A stretch of 46,706 nt of DNA from a virus. Position numbers and translations under genes: made by a program. Location of the stretch: positions 1-46,706 of the IMG/VR virus record IMGVR_UViG_3300033153_004756; one strand, written 5' to 3'. Position 1 is the stretch's first letter, and the number at the start of each line of letters is the position of its first letter. This document shows positions 32,642 to 41,125 of this stretch, in pieces. The notes under the pieces were generated by a model that saw nothing but the letters and a program-made list of their open reading frames with translations, made no database searches and was not told where the DNA came from.

Positions 32642-34492
32642 ATGAAAGATTTCCCAGATCTAACCAAGTTCGATGAAGTTGCGTATGATACTGAAACCAC
32701 CGGACTTAATCCCAATGCTGGGGCGCGGGTTTTTGGTTTTAGTTTAAGCACTCCCGATGGCAAAGATTATTATTATGATGTCCGTGAACAACCAGAAGCA
32801 GTGAAAATGTTCAATCGCCAAATGAAAGATTATGAGGGCGATACTATCTGTCACAACCTTTCATTTGATTACAGGATGTCTCAAGCAAGCGGCCTTAATT
32901 TTGATCTAGCTAGATCATCGGATACGGTTATTCAAGCCGGACTTATCAATGAACATGAACACGCCTATTCCCTCGATCATCTAGCAGGGAAATATACATC
33001 AGAATTTAAGAAGGGTGATCAACTTTATACAGATTTAGCGGCGATATTCGGCGGACGAGCTACCAAAAATGTCCAGATGAAAAATATATCCGACGCGCCC
33101 TCCGAGATAGTTGATCCTTATGCCAAGGCTGATACTAGGGCAACACTAGCATTGCATCAATTCCAAAAGAAGGAAATAACCAAACAAGGGCTAGAAAAGA
33201 TATTAACATTTGAACAATCGGTGACACCAGTTTTATTGGCGGCTGAAATGCATGGAGTTAGAGTCGATATTCCGGCGGCTGAAAAGGCGGTGGGCGAATT
33301 AAGTGGCGTAATCCGTCAAATGCAAAAAGAATTAAATGATGCGGCGGGATTTCCATGCAACGCGCAACCAAGTGGTGATATTAAAAAGTTATTCAAGCCG
33401 CAATGGAAAGATGGCCGATGGTGGGCTATTGATGGCACACCACTTGAAGAAACTAAATCCGGCAATGCCAGTGTTGGTGCTGACGCATTGCGCAAAATGT
33501 CCCATCCGGCGGCAAAAATAATTCTTGATCTAAGAAGTATGATTAAGACTCGTGATACCTTTTTAGTAGGTCACGTTTTAGAATCAGCCCAAAATGGCCG
33601 AGTTTATCCTAATATCAATCAAACTAAAGGTGATGATGGCGGTACGGGCACAGGTCGATTATCATACACAAGTCCCGCATTGCAACAAATACCAGATCGA
33701 AACAAACAAGTTGCCGAAATCGTAAAGCAAGTATTCTTACCAGATGAAGATCACAGTTGGGTAGACATGGATATGGCATCGTTTGAGGTACGTATCTTTG
33801 CACATTTAGTTGGCACACCTGATATAGTTGATGCTTATTTGCGCGATCCAGAACAGGATTTCCATCAATATGTAGCCGATTTAACAGGTCTAGTGAGAAA
33901 TGCAACTTATAACGGACAGCCGAACGCCAAACAATTAAATCTTTCCATGATTTTCAATCAAGGCAATGGTACGACAGCCGAAGAAATGGGTCTTCCTTGG
34001 TCTTGGGAATCATTCTACCCTAAAGGCAGTGGCAATATGATCACGTACAAGAAAGCAGGCGAAGAAGCGATGGGAGTAATAAACGCTTACCATAATCGCC
34101 TACCCGGTGTAAAAAGATTGGCCGATGGTTGTAAGAAAGTAGCTGAAGAAAGAGGTTATATCTTCACAAGAAGTGGTCGCCATTTGAGATTCCCACGTGG
34201 GTATCAATCCTACAAGGCATCAGGCATATTAATTCAAGCAACGGCGGCAGATGAAAATAAACGCAACTGGTTATTGATTGATGAAGCGATCCAAGGCACT
34301 GGTGCTAAAATGTTACTGAATACACATGATTCATACTCATTATCAATACCGAAAGGAGAAGAAGAAAAAGTATCAAAATTGATTAAGGAACGAATAGAAG
34401 AAGACCGGGGATTAAAAGTCCCTTTAATTTTAGAAGTAAACAGATCCGGCAAAAATTGGTGGGAAAGTAAAAAATCAGATAGATGGCTGTAA
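32642..34492 (+). CDS. family-A DNA polymerase with 3'-5' exonuclease domain (DpoZ candidate)
   Basis: Exo motifs are AYDTETTGL, HNLSFDY and YAKADTRATLAL. Pol motif A is DMDMASFEVRIFAHL, motif B is NAKQLNLSMIFNQG, and motif C is LLNTHDS. Confidence 0.85.
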   Translation: MKDFPDLTKFDEVAYDTETTGLNPNAGARVFGFSLSTPDGKDYYYDVREQPEAVKMFNRQMKDYEGDTICHNLSFDYRMSQASGLNFDLARSSDTVIQAGLINEHEHAYSLDHLAGKYTSEFKKGDQLYTDLAAIFGGRATKNVQMKNISDAPSEIVDPYAKADTRATLALHQFQKKEITKQGLEKILTFEQSVTPVLLAAEMHGVRVDIPAAEKAVGELSGVIRQMQKELNDAAGFPCNAQPSGDIKKLFKPQWKDGRWWAIDGTPLEETKSGNASVGADALRKMSHPAAKIILDLRSMIKTRDTFLVGHVLESAQNGRVYPNINQTKGDDGGTGTGRLSYTSPALQQIPDRNKQVAEIVKQVFLPDEDHSWVDMDMASFEVRIFAHLVGTPDIVDAYLRDPEQDFHQYVADLTGLVRNATYNGQPNAKQLNLSMIFNQGNGTTAEEMGLPWSWESFYPKGSGNMITYKKAGEEAMGVINAYHNRLPGVKRLADGCKKVAEERGYIFTRSGRHLRFPRGYQSYKASGILIQATAADENKRNWLLIDEAIQGTGAKMLLNTHDSYSLSIPKGEEEKVSKLIKERIEEDRGLKVPLILEVNRSGKNWWESKKSDRWL

Positions 34493-34514
34493 ATTAACCT
34501 AGAGGAAAATAAAA

Positions 34515-35228
34515 ATGATTAAAGTTTTAGATCACGGATTTATAAGACTTGTAGATTCAATGGGAGATGATCTTTCGATTGTTCGAAACGCTAGAGTATC
34601 TTATGATGCAGAATGGCGAGCGGGAGAAGATAAGGGCAGTGATGAACGGCTCATAAATTATCTTTATAATAACGGTCACAATACACCATTTGAGGCAGTC
34701 ACTTTAACATTTGATGTTAAAGCTCCTATATTCGTATTCAGACAATGGCATCGCCACCGTACACAATCGTTTAATGAATTAAGCGCTAGATATCGCGAAT
34801 TACCAGAAGAATTTTACATTCCTGAACCACATTTGATCGGTAAACAAAATAAAGATAATAAACAGATGCGTGATCCGATGACCAAAGAAGAGTTTGAAGC
34901 GTTGCCGCATGAAGAAAAATTTAACATTGAACAGTGGTTAATGCACATGGCGCATTGTAACAAAGATTCTTTCTCTCTGTACAAATCTATGATAAAGGGC
35001 GGAATGCCTCGCGAATTGGCTAGATCAGTTCTTCCAGTATCAACGTATAGTCATATGTTCGCTACGGTCAACCTTCATAATTTATTCAGATTTTTAGCGG
35101 AAAGACTTCACCCTCATGCACAATATGAAATTAAAGTTTATGCCGAAGCAATACTCGAATTGATTCGTCCAGTGGTTCCGGTAGCGGTTGCAGCATTCGA
35201 AAAACGATTTAACGAACAAGGTTGGTAA
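34515..35228 (+). CDS. thyX: FAD-dependent thymidylate synthase ThyX
   Basis: The ThyX signature RHRTQSFNELSARY (RHRxxSxxxxSxR) is present in a 237-aa product. Confidence 0.85.
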   Translation: MIKVLDHGFIRLVDSMGDDLSIVRNARVSYDAEWRAGEDKGSDERLINYLYNNGHNTPFEAVTLTFDVKAPIFVFRQWHRHRTQSFNELSARYRELPEEFYIPEPHLIGKQNKDNKQMRDPMTKEEFEALPHEEKFNIEQWLMHMAHCNKDSFSLYKSMIKGGMPRELARSVLPVSTYSHMFATVNLHNLFRFLAERLHPHAQYEIKVYAEAILELIRPVVPVAVAAFEKRFNEQGW

Positions 35229-36283
35229 TGAAAATGAAAGCATATATGATTTTAGATTTACAATTTGGCAGTACGGGTAAAGGTTCATTAGCGGGATATT
35301 TGGCCATTGAAAGAGAACCTGACACAGTAGTCACAGCATGGGCGCCCAATGCAGGACATACTTATATCGACGAAAATGGACGTGAATTTATTCACAGAAT
35401 GTTGGCTAATGGGATTGTATCACCGAAATTAAAGACAATTCTCATTGGCGCGGGATCGGTTGTTGATCCTCAATGCCTACATGATGAAATTTTCGCTTGT
35501 AAGGATTTGTTACAAGGCAAAAAGATAGTGATCCATCCACAAGCGGCAATCGTCTTGCCAGAGCATCTGAACATCGAAAAAGCCAATGTAAAAATAGGAA
35601 GCACTATGAAAGGTTCCGGTGCGGCTTTAATACAAAAAATTCAACGTGATCCAGACAATTGTAACAACGCTAGAATGGCATTCCCGCAAGATATCTGCAA
35701 TAAAATTCATGCAATGGGAGTAAACATTGTGATTTCAGCGGATGAATATCGCGTAGCAATCAAACAAGCGAAAGTTATGCAAATTGAAGGCGCACAAGGG
35801 TATAGCTTGTCGGTTCACCATGGTTTCTACCCTTATTGTACTAGTCGTGATGTTACTCCGGCACAAGTGATGGCAGATTGTTGTATTCCTTATTCAATTA
35901 AACCTGAAGTATATGGTACATTAAGAACTTTCCCGATCCGTGTTGCAAATCGTTATGATGAAAATGGAAAGTTGATTGGTACTAGTGGCTGTGGTTATGA
36001 TGATCAAGTTGAACTTGATTGGTCAAAAGTAGGTGTAGAGCCAGAATTAACAACAGTAACAAAATTACCGCGTCGCGTGTTCAGTTTTAGTCTGATGCAA
36101 ACGCAAGAAGCTTGTTTTCAATGTTCACCAGATTATTTATTCTTGAATTTCGCTAATTATATGCACGAAGACGATCTTGCAACATTGAAAACAAGGATAG
36201 AAGCCGCGACAGGAATTCCTGTCAGATGGTTAGGTTTTGGTGCAACACATAATGATGTAGTTGATTTAGGGGAAATATCATGA
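35228..36283 (+). CDS. purZ: PurZ-like N6-succino-2-amino-2'-deoxyadenylate synthase (truncated adenylosuccinate synthetase homologue)
   Basis: PurA-family motifs are NAGHT, IGSTMKGSG, EGAQGYSLSVHHGFYPYCTSR and TKLPRRV. The P-loop reads QFGSTGKGS rather than QWGDEGKGK. The product is 351 aa against about 430 aa for PurA. It is flanked by MazG-like and HD-domain genes. The ATG at 35228 overlaps the thyX stop (TAATG). Confidence 0.75.
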   Translation: MKMKAYMILDLQFGSTGKGSLAGYLAIEREPDTVVTAWAPNAGHTYIDENGREFIHRMLANGIVSPKLKTILIGAGSVVDPQCLHDEIFACKDLLQGKKIVIHPQAAIVLPEHLNIEKANVKIGSTMKGSGAALIQKIQRDPDNCNNARMAFPQDICNKIHAMGVNIVISADEYRVAIKQAKVMQIEGAQGYSLSVHHGFYPYCTSRDVTPAQVMADCCIPYSIKPEVYGTLRTFPIRVANRYDENGKLIGTSGCGYDDQVELDWSKVGVEPELTTVTKLPRRVFSFSLMQTQEACFQCSPDYLFLNFANYMHEDDLATLKTRIEAATGIPVRWLGFGATHNDVVDLGEIS

Positions 36284-37272
36284 GTCAATTAATAGCGTTT
36301 ACTGGAAAAGCAAGATCAGGCAAGGATGCATCGGCAGATGTTTTATGCGAAAATTACAGATTTGATCGAGCTTCATTTGCTAGAGCCATGAAAGATGGTA
36401 TCAAAGTTATGATCGGACTAGATGAAGAACAAGTAAATGGTGATTTGAAAGAAGAGCCTGTTGGATTTGGTAATTTAACGCCGCGAGACATCTTACAGAC
36501 TTTGGGAACGGAATGGGGCAGAGAAATGATCCACCCTGATATTTGGATAGTCAAAGTTGCCCAACAATGGGAAAAATTCAAGTTGCAGGGCAGGGATATG
36601 GTCATCACTGATCTTCGTTTTGAAAACGAAGCAGAATGGGTTAGATCTATAGGTGGCACAGTAGTCCATATCAAAGCTTCAAATTCAACAGAAATTAAAA
36701 ACAATGATCATATATCAGAATCCGGCATCGTTGTCCATTCTCGCGATAAAATAATTGTAAATGATAAGTCTGCAGGAATAAAATCATTGATAGGTAAAAT
36801 AGATTGGCTGATCAGATCCATTAAAAATCTCCACAAGAATGAATCCGTGAGTATCCGGGAAGATCTAGAAGAACCAACATCAACAATTTTATCCTTACAA
36901 CATTTAATTACTTCATGGGCTGACGAAGTGATGCCACAAAGGACAATCACCAATGCCTTGACTAAATTGGTGATGGAAGAAATTCCAGAATATTTAACGT
37001 CTCAACATGATCCTATGGAACTGGCCGATTGTGCTATTTTAATTTATGATATCGCACACTTGGCCGGGATTGATCTAGAGAAAGCCATGCGTGATAAAAT
37101 GGAAATCAATAAAAATCGAACTTGGGCTATCGACGATGAAACTGGCTTATTAAATCACGTGGAAAAAAGTGTTGATGAGTCAAAACATAAGTGTTGTGAA
37201 GGTAAGGATGCTCCTCATTGCGAATGCCATGCATCGCCAAATTACTTTAAAGAACGTGGAGAAATCGGGTGA
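36280..37272 (+). CDS. fusion protein: N-terminal dNMP kinase-like P-loop domain plus C-terminal MazG/DUF550-like nucleotide pyrophosphohydrolase (MazZ candidate)
   Basis: The N-terminus has the P-loop FTGKARSGKDASAD followed by LGTEWGRE, as in phage dNMP kinases. The C-terminal region KLVMEEIPEY...MELADCAILIYDIAHLAGIDLEKAMRDKMEINKNRTW is a typical MazG-like helix pair. It has a Cys/His-rich tail. Confidence 0.65.
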   Translation: MSQLIAFTGKARSGKDASADVLCENYRFDRASFARAMKDGIKVMIGLDEEQVNGDLKEEPVGFGNLTPRDILQTLGTEWGREMIHPDIWIVKVAQQWEKFKLQGRDMVITDLRFENEAEWVRSIGGTVVHIKASNSTEIKNNDHISESGIVVHSRDKIIVNDKSAGIKSLIGKIDWLIRSIKNLHKNESVSIREDLEEPTSTILSLQHLITSWADEVMPQRTITNALTKLVMEEIPEYLTSQHDPMELADCAILIYDIAHLAGIDLEKAMRDKMEINKNRTWAIDDETGLLNHVEKSVDESKHKCCEGKDAPHCECHASPNYFKERGEIG

Positions 37273-37790
37273 TCTTAGATTTCAGTTTCCAACAGATGAT
37301 GAGATTATCAAACATCAAAAGGTGGGGTATCGTCGAGATGTCTCGCCCTCAATCAGTGGCTGAACATTCATATAATGTGGCAATTATCGCAAGCGCTATT
37401 TGCGATAGAATTGATCTCAGCCCAGAGTATAAAAACGCGGTGGTGAATTGGGCATTGACACATGACTTGCCCGAAGTTGTTACAGGTGATGTTCCTTCAC
37501 CTTTGAAACGATTTAGTCCAATTACTTTTAATGATTTAGAAAGTGAAATGTTCCCCTTATACAGAGCATCGAAAGAGAAACATCAGGGTATGGCGGCGAT
37601 GATAGTTAAGGTAGCGGATTATATAGATGCAATCCAGTTTGCGCAAAAATTTTGTGTTGATACTCGCAAAGATGGAATTATATCTGAGATGATAGCTTAT
37701 CTTGATAACGCCATTAAAGTAACCGAAGATGCTCTAGGCAAATATAATCAATTGGTAGATGACTCATGGCTAAACGTGAAAATAGACTAA
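37269..37790 (+). CDS. datZ: HD-domain nucleotide hydrolase (DatZ-like dATP triphosphohydrolase candidate)
   Basis: A 173-aa product with H..HD..D metal ligands visible (VAEHSYNV, LTHDLPEVVTGD). The GTG start at 37269 has GGAGAA 6 nt upstream. Size and context match the published DatZ. Confidence 0.65.
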   Translation: MILDFSFQQMMRLSNIKRWGIVEMSRPQSVAEHSYNVAIIASAICDRIDLSPEYKNAVVNWALTHDLPEVVTGDVPSPLKRFSPITFNDLESEMFPLYRASKEKHQGMAAMIVKVADYIDAIQFAQKFCVDTRKDGIISEMIAYLDNAIKVTEDALGKYNQLVDDSWLNVKID

Positions 37791-38191
37791 AAAATTATCT
37801 ACTTGAAATGATGGGAACGGTATGGGATGCCCAATCACACGAAGATCGCTTTTCGTTGGGCATCCCTGACCTTTCTTATGGCGTGGCGGGAGTAAATGGA
37901 TGGATCGAACTTAAACAAGTGGAAAAATATCCAAAGAAGTCTTCTACGCCTATAGATCTCAAACATTTCACCCCTAGTCAGGTCAATTGGTTGCGCAAAA
38001 GGGGTAAAAGAGCGGGATCATGCTTCATCTTGATTCAAATAACTACTGAATATTATATTTTTTCCTTTCACAAAGCTCGTCTTTTACGGGCTGGCATGAC
38101 CAAGGAAAAAATGGAAGAACAATGTATTCAGAAGTGGGAAAATGGTATACCGAGGATTCAATTATTAAACGTCTTAATAGGAGATATGTAA
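37766..38191 (+). CDS. VRR-NUC / PD-(D/E)xK nuclease-like protein
   Basis: The motif GIPDLSYGVAGVNGWIELK (D...ExK) is present in a 141-aa product. The start is uncertain (alternative ATG at 37808). Confidence 0.5.
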   Translation: MAKRENRLKNYLLEMMGTVWDAQSHEDRFSLGIPDLSYGVAGVNGWIELKQVEKYPKKSSTPIDLKHFTPSQVNWLRKRGKRAGSCFILIQITTEYYIFSFHKARLLRAGMTKEKMEEQCIQKWENGIPRIQLLNVLIGDM

Positions 38192-38466
38192 TGAAAAGAA
38201 AAATGCCAAAATTTACGGTAAGTTTTAAAAAAGAGGATTTTAGAACGGCCATAAATATTAACAAGCAACACGTAGGTGATATATTCAGTAATGATGGTGA
38301 CTGTGGTTATCACGTCAGGTTGAAAGTGGTAGATAAGTTTTCTAATTGTGATCACGCGTTGAAGACATTAAAATCTAGATTCGATACTATTGGCGAAGCC
38401 AAAAGCTATCTGAGGGCAAATCTTAAAGAGTTCCACAAAGAGAATGATCTTAAGTTAGAACCATAA
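38191..38466 (+). CDS. hypothetical protein (91 aa)
   Basis: The internal ATG at 38191 has AGGAG 7 nt upstream and a TAATG overlap with the previous stop. It is the last gene of the rightward arm. Confidence 0.5.
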   Translation: MKRKMPKFTVSFKKEDFRTAININKQHVGDIFSNDGDCGYHVRLKVVDKFSNCDHALKTLKSRFDTIGEAKSYLRANLKEFHKENDLKLEP

Positions 38467-38498
38467 TTCCGGCTGTTTTCTTGGTATTTTTCTTGGAC
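38467..38498. repeat. 32-nt intergenic element, inverted copy of 24935-24966
   Basis: See the partner feature. It contains an internal direct repeat, CTTGG (N8) CTTGG. Confidence 0.85.
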
Positions 38499-38536
38499 GT
38501 AAAGAATCGGGAAAGGTTAACGTGAGGATATGGAAG

Positions 38537-38566
38537 AGAAGCCCTTTTTCGGGGCTTCTTATTATT
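38537..38566. terminator. bidirectional terminator hairpin at the convergence of the two arms
   Basis: The sequence is agaagccc-tttttcg-gggcttct. A T-rich tract follows on the + strand. It lies between the ends of 38191..38466 (+) and 38562..38966 (-). Confidence 0.6.
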
Positions 38567-38966
38567 TCAGTCGTTTCGATAAATCTTGTTTACCTGACCA
38601 AAAAGCGTCTCCGCCAAAATGCTTAACAGCTAAGTAATACTTCAAAGCACGTTGTCTCATCAAAAAGGTTGGTTTCCACCAAGCGTTTTCAATTTTAATA
38701 ATACGATACAAATTGTTTAAGAAGATTCTATCCGCTCGTTCCTTGTCTTCAATCGTTTCACCTTCATCGTACATCCAATCATGGATATGGCAAGCATACC
38801 CAATATAAGTGAAGTAAATAGTATCAGGAATGAAATCAAATTTAGCATCAGCAGCGCCGCATCCATTGCAAACCAGACGCAATTCATATACCGATGCAAT
38901 CTTAAAAGATTTAGGTGCATACAATTTCCCTTCGTGTGCTAGTTTCAAAGTCTTCTTAAGCCTCAT
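38562..38966 (-). CDS. DUF1353-like protein
   Basis: A 134-aa product. The core CNGCG...ACHIHDWMY...ADRIFL resembles the DUF1353 family. It is the last gene of the leftward arm. Confidence 0.5.
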   Translation of the reverse strand: MRLKKTLKLAHEGKLYAPKSFKIASVYELRLVCNGCGAADAKFDFIPDTIYFTYIGYACHIHDWMYDEGETIEDKERADRIFLNNLYRIIKIENAWWKPTFLMRQRALKYYLAVKHFGGDAFWSGKQDLSKRLK

Positions 38967-39301
38967 TGGTCTGTACCATCTTTAGGTTGAATTAGTGGTA
39001 AAAGCCCTGTGATTGTATCTAGCATCTTACCTTGGTTTTGTGCGTTAACTGTGGCAGGGTCAGAAGCGTTTACACCTTTCTCATCAAGGGTTACTTCTAT
39101 TGTTCCGTCTACATTCTTTTTAAGTTTAAACTTAAAGTTTTCATAGTCCTTGGAATTAAATACATTAACCTTACAACAAACAACAGTACCATCAGCTAAG
39201 ACAATAGGTTCAACAGTGTATTCTGTTTGACCCATTACACCACTTAGCATTTGGCAACCTGATAAAAGTAACAAGATAATACTCGACATTATTAATTTCA
39301 T
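38963..39301 (-). CDS. lipoprotein (spanin-like or exclusion-type)
   Basis: It has the signal peptide plus lipobox MKLIMSSIILLLLSGC. The 112-aa ORF lies directly downstream of the endolysin gene. Confidence 0.6.
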   Translation of the reverse strand: MKLIMSSIILLLLSGCQMLSGVMGQTEYTVEPIVLADGTVVCCKVNVFNSKDYENFKFKLKKNVDGTIEVTLDEKGVNASDPATVNAQNQGKMLDTITGLLPLIQPKDGTDQ

Positions 39302-39310
39302 TTCTTTCCC

Positions 39311-39700
39311 CTAGTCTATTAATTCAACATGAGGCATGTCTTTGAAGTTTTTCCAAAGACCTCCCCATCTCAATTTATACCCTAATATAGAAGCGGCCTG
39401 TAAAAATGCAGTCGCCACCATAGCTAGATGTAATTTATCCCAACTAGCCTTTCCTTTAACATAGGCATAAAAATCTAAAGCTTTACCATGTTGATGGTTA
39501 CTAATTTTCACATAACCGTCGCACTGAGACATCCCATCGGCATAAAGATCACTTTGTTGCTTGGCGGTTCTTTTCCCTGCTAATTTAGGATGTCCAAAAT
39601 CTATTGCGGTCAATGTGATAGCTAGATCGCTAATTTTAATTAATCTTGGATCAGCACCTTTACGTCTTTCCTTAGACCTTTCGCTTAACTGATAACTCAT
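39311..39700 (-). CDS. endolysin, peptidase M15 (L-alanyl-D-glutamate peptidase / VanY-like)
   Basis: A 129-aa product with a Zn-ligand pattern (SNHQHGKALDFYAY) and the overall M15 layout seen in T5-type endolysins. Confidence 0.7.
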   Translation of the reverse strand: MSYQLSERSKERRKGADPRLIKISDLAITLTAIDFGHPKLAGKRTAKQQSDLYADGMSQCDGYVKISNHQHGKALDFYAYVKGKASWDKLHLAMVATAFLQAASILGYKLRWGGLWKNFKDMPHVELID

Positions 39701-40161
39701 AATTTAATACCCAATTGTATGCGAATTTTATCATCCGCATTCATATAGTTTTGTAATATAAAGTGATCCAACGCATCAGTCATTAATTGGTCGGTGACTT
39801 CAATCAAACCGTCTTTGGCTACAGGGTCTTTAGCGCGCTCAAAGAAGTACAAAGCTTCATCATCTTCAGCCTTACTACCCTGTGGATAAGCCGCTCTATA
39901 TACTTTGGAATATGGTTGTTGTTCGAACAATACTTTAAGTTCCCCAAAGGTGACACGAGTTCGATATTCCCCTAGATCTACAAATGGTGTTAACGGTAAC
40001 AATCCTGAATATTCACCTATTAAATACTCAATACCGTTTTCTTTTATTAATTCAACGTTTCTAAACAATTGATTATTTTCACCATCATGCAATGGGTCGA
40101 TCGCTTGGTAGTTAATCCCTCTTGAATTAGGGAAAAATTGAGCTTCTTCTTTAAATTTCAT
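39697..40161 (-). CDS. hypothetical protein
   Basis: A 154-aa ORF between the fibre-like genes and the endolysin. It has no TM segment. Confidence 0.5.
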   Translation of the reverse strand: MKFKEEAQFFPNSRGINYQAIDPLHDGENNQLFRNVELIKENGIEYLIGEYSGLLPLTPFVDLGEYRTRVTFGELKVLFEQQPYSKVYRAAYPQGSKAEDDEALYFFERAKDPVAKDGLIEVTDQLMTDALDHFILQNYMNADDKIRIQLGIKL

Positions 40162-40162
40162 A

Positions 40163-41125
40163 TTATGTTTTCTCCGCTAAACCTAAGTAAGTACACATAT
40201 CATGCAACCATTCGTCAAATTCCGCAATTTCCCACTGGCGAACGCCGACAACGGGCGAACCGGATGAAAAATTAGTAGCACTGGCCGTAGCAGTGAGTAA
40301 GATCCCACCATCCCATTCGATAAATTTCATTAATCCCCAAAAATTACTTCCTGCCGCATGACCCAACAAATTAGGCATTGTTTGTTGCATATTAATAACA
40401 CCCGCTGCATTTTTCCTTTGTATAGATAGTCCGTTAAATACTGATTCACCACCGCCAAGGTCGTATACTGTCCCGCTACCGATCATCACCCTACCGTCAC
40501 GAGAAATATAAGCTCCATTAAGTTCTGGTGTATCTGTCCCACCTACAAGATTAAAGTCTGCAGTCGTCGATTGCACCGTACCATCAGATGAGCTAATGAC
40601 TGTTCTATCATCTGATGAACCTATTGAAATTGTGAAATCTCCACTCCCCTGAGTAGCCCTAACCCAATGGGATTGAGCACCTGACTTAGGTGGTGGTGCA
40701 TTGTTAGTCCAGTTTGCGATGGTATCACTACCAACCAGAACTATAGTACCTGTTTTTGAAATGGTGATTAAATAAACGCTATTGGCTGTGGTGTCGTCGA
40801 CCACTAAGCAATAAAACAATAAATCAACATTATCATACCAATACAAACCCGCCCAATAAGTCAAAGTTAGCGTTTCTTGTGTGTTAATATCAGATAAACT
40901 TACCGAGAACACTGAACCTGTAGAATCAACCAATTGACAAGTATTTGATGTGTTAGTGCTTTGAGTTGGTGTTCTGAATAATGTATTACCATTACTGAAA
41001 CTGAACATAGGCAAGTGCATGGCGTTAGACAAATGTCCGTTGGAGCCAATTTTTGCAGGCGGCATTTGTGGTTGACCAAAACCACCACCCCCACCACCTA
41101 AAAAGAAATCTGTTGCTACACTCAT
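40163..41125 (-). CDS. putative receptor-binding / distal tail fibre protein
   Basis: A 320-aa product with a Gly-run N-terminus, rich in Ser/Thr/Gly. It is positioned after the fibre-anchor gene. Confidence 0.4.
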   Translation of the reverse strand: MSVATDFFLGGGGGGFGQPQMPPAKIGSNGHLSNAMHLPMFSFSNGNTLFRTPTQSTNTSNTCQLVDSTGSVFSVSLSDINTQETLTLTYWAGLYWYDNVDLLFYCLVVDDTTANSVYLITISKTGTIVLVGSDTIANWTNNAPPPKSGAQSHWVRATQGSGDFTISIGSSDDRTVISSSDGTVQSTTADFNLVGGTDTPELNGAYISRDGRVMIGSGTVYDLGGGESVFNGLSIQRKNAAGVINMQQTMPNLLGHAAGSNFWGLMKFIEWDGGILLTATASATNFSSGSPVVGVRQWEIAEFDEWLHDMCTYLGLAEKT

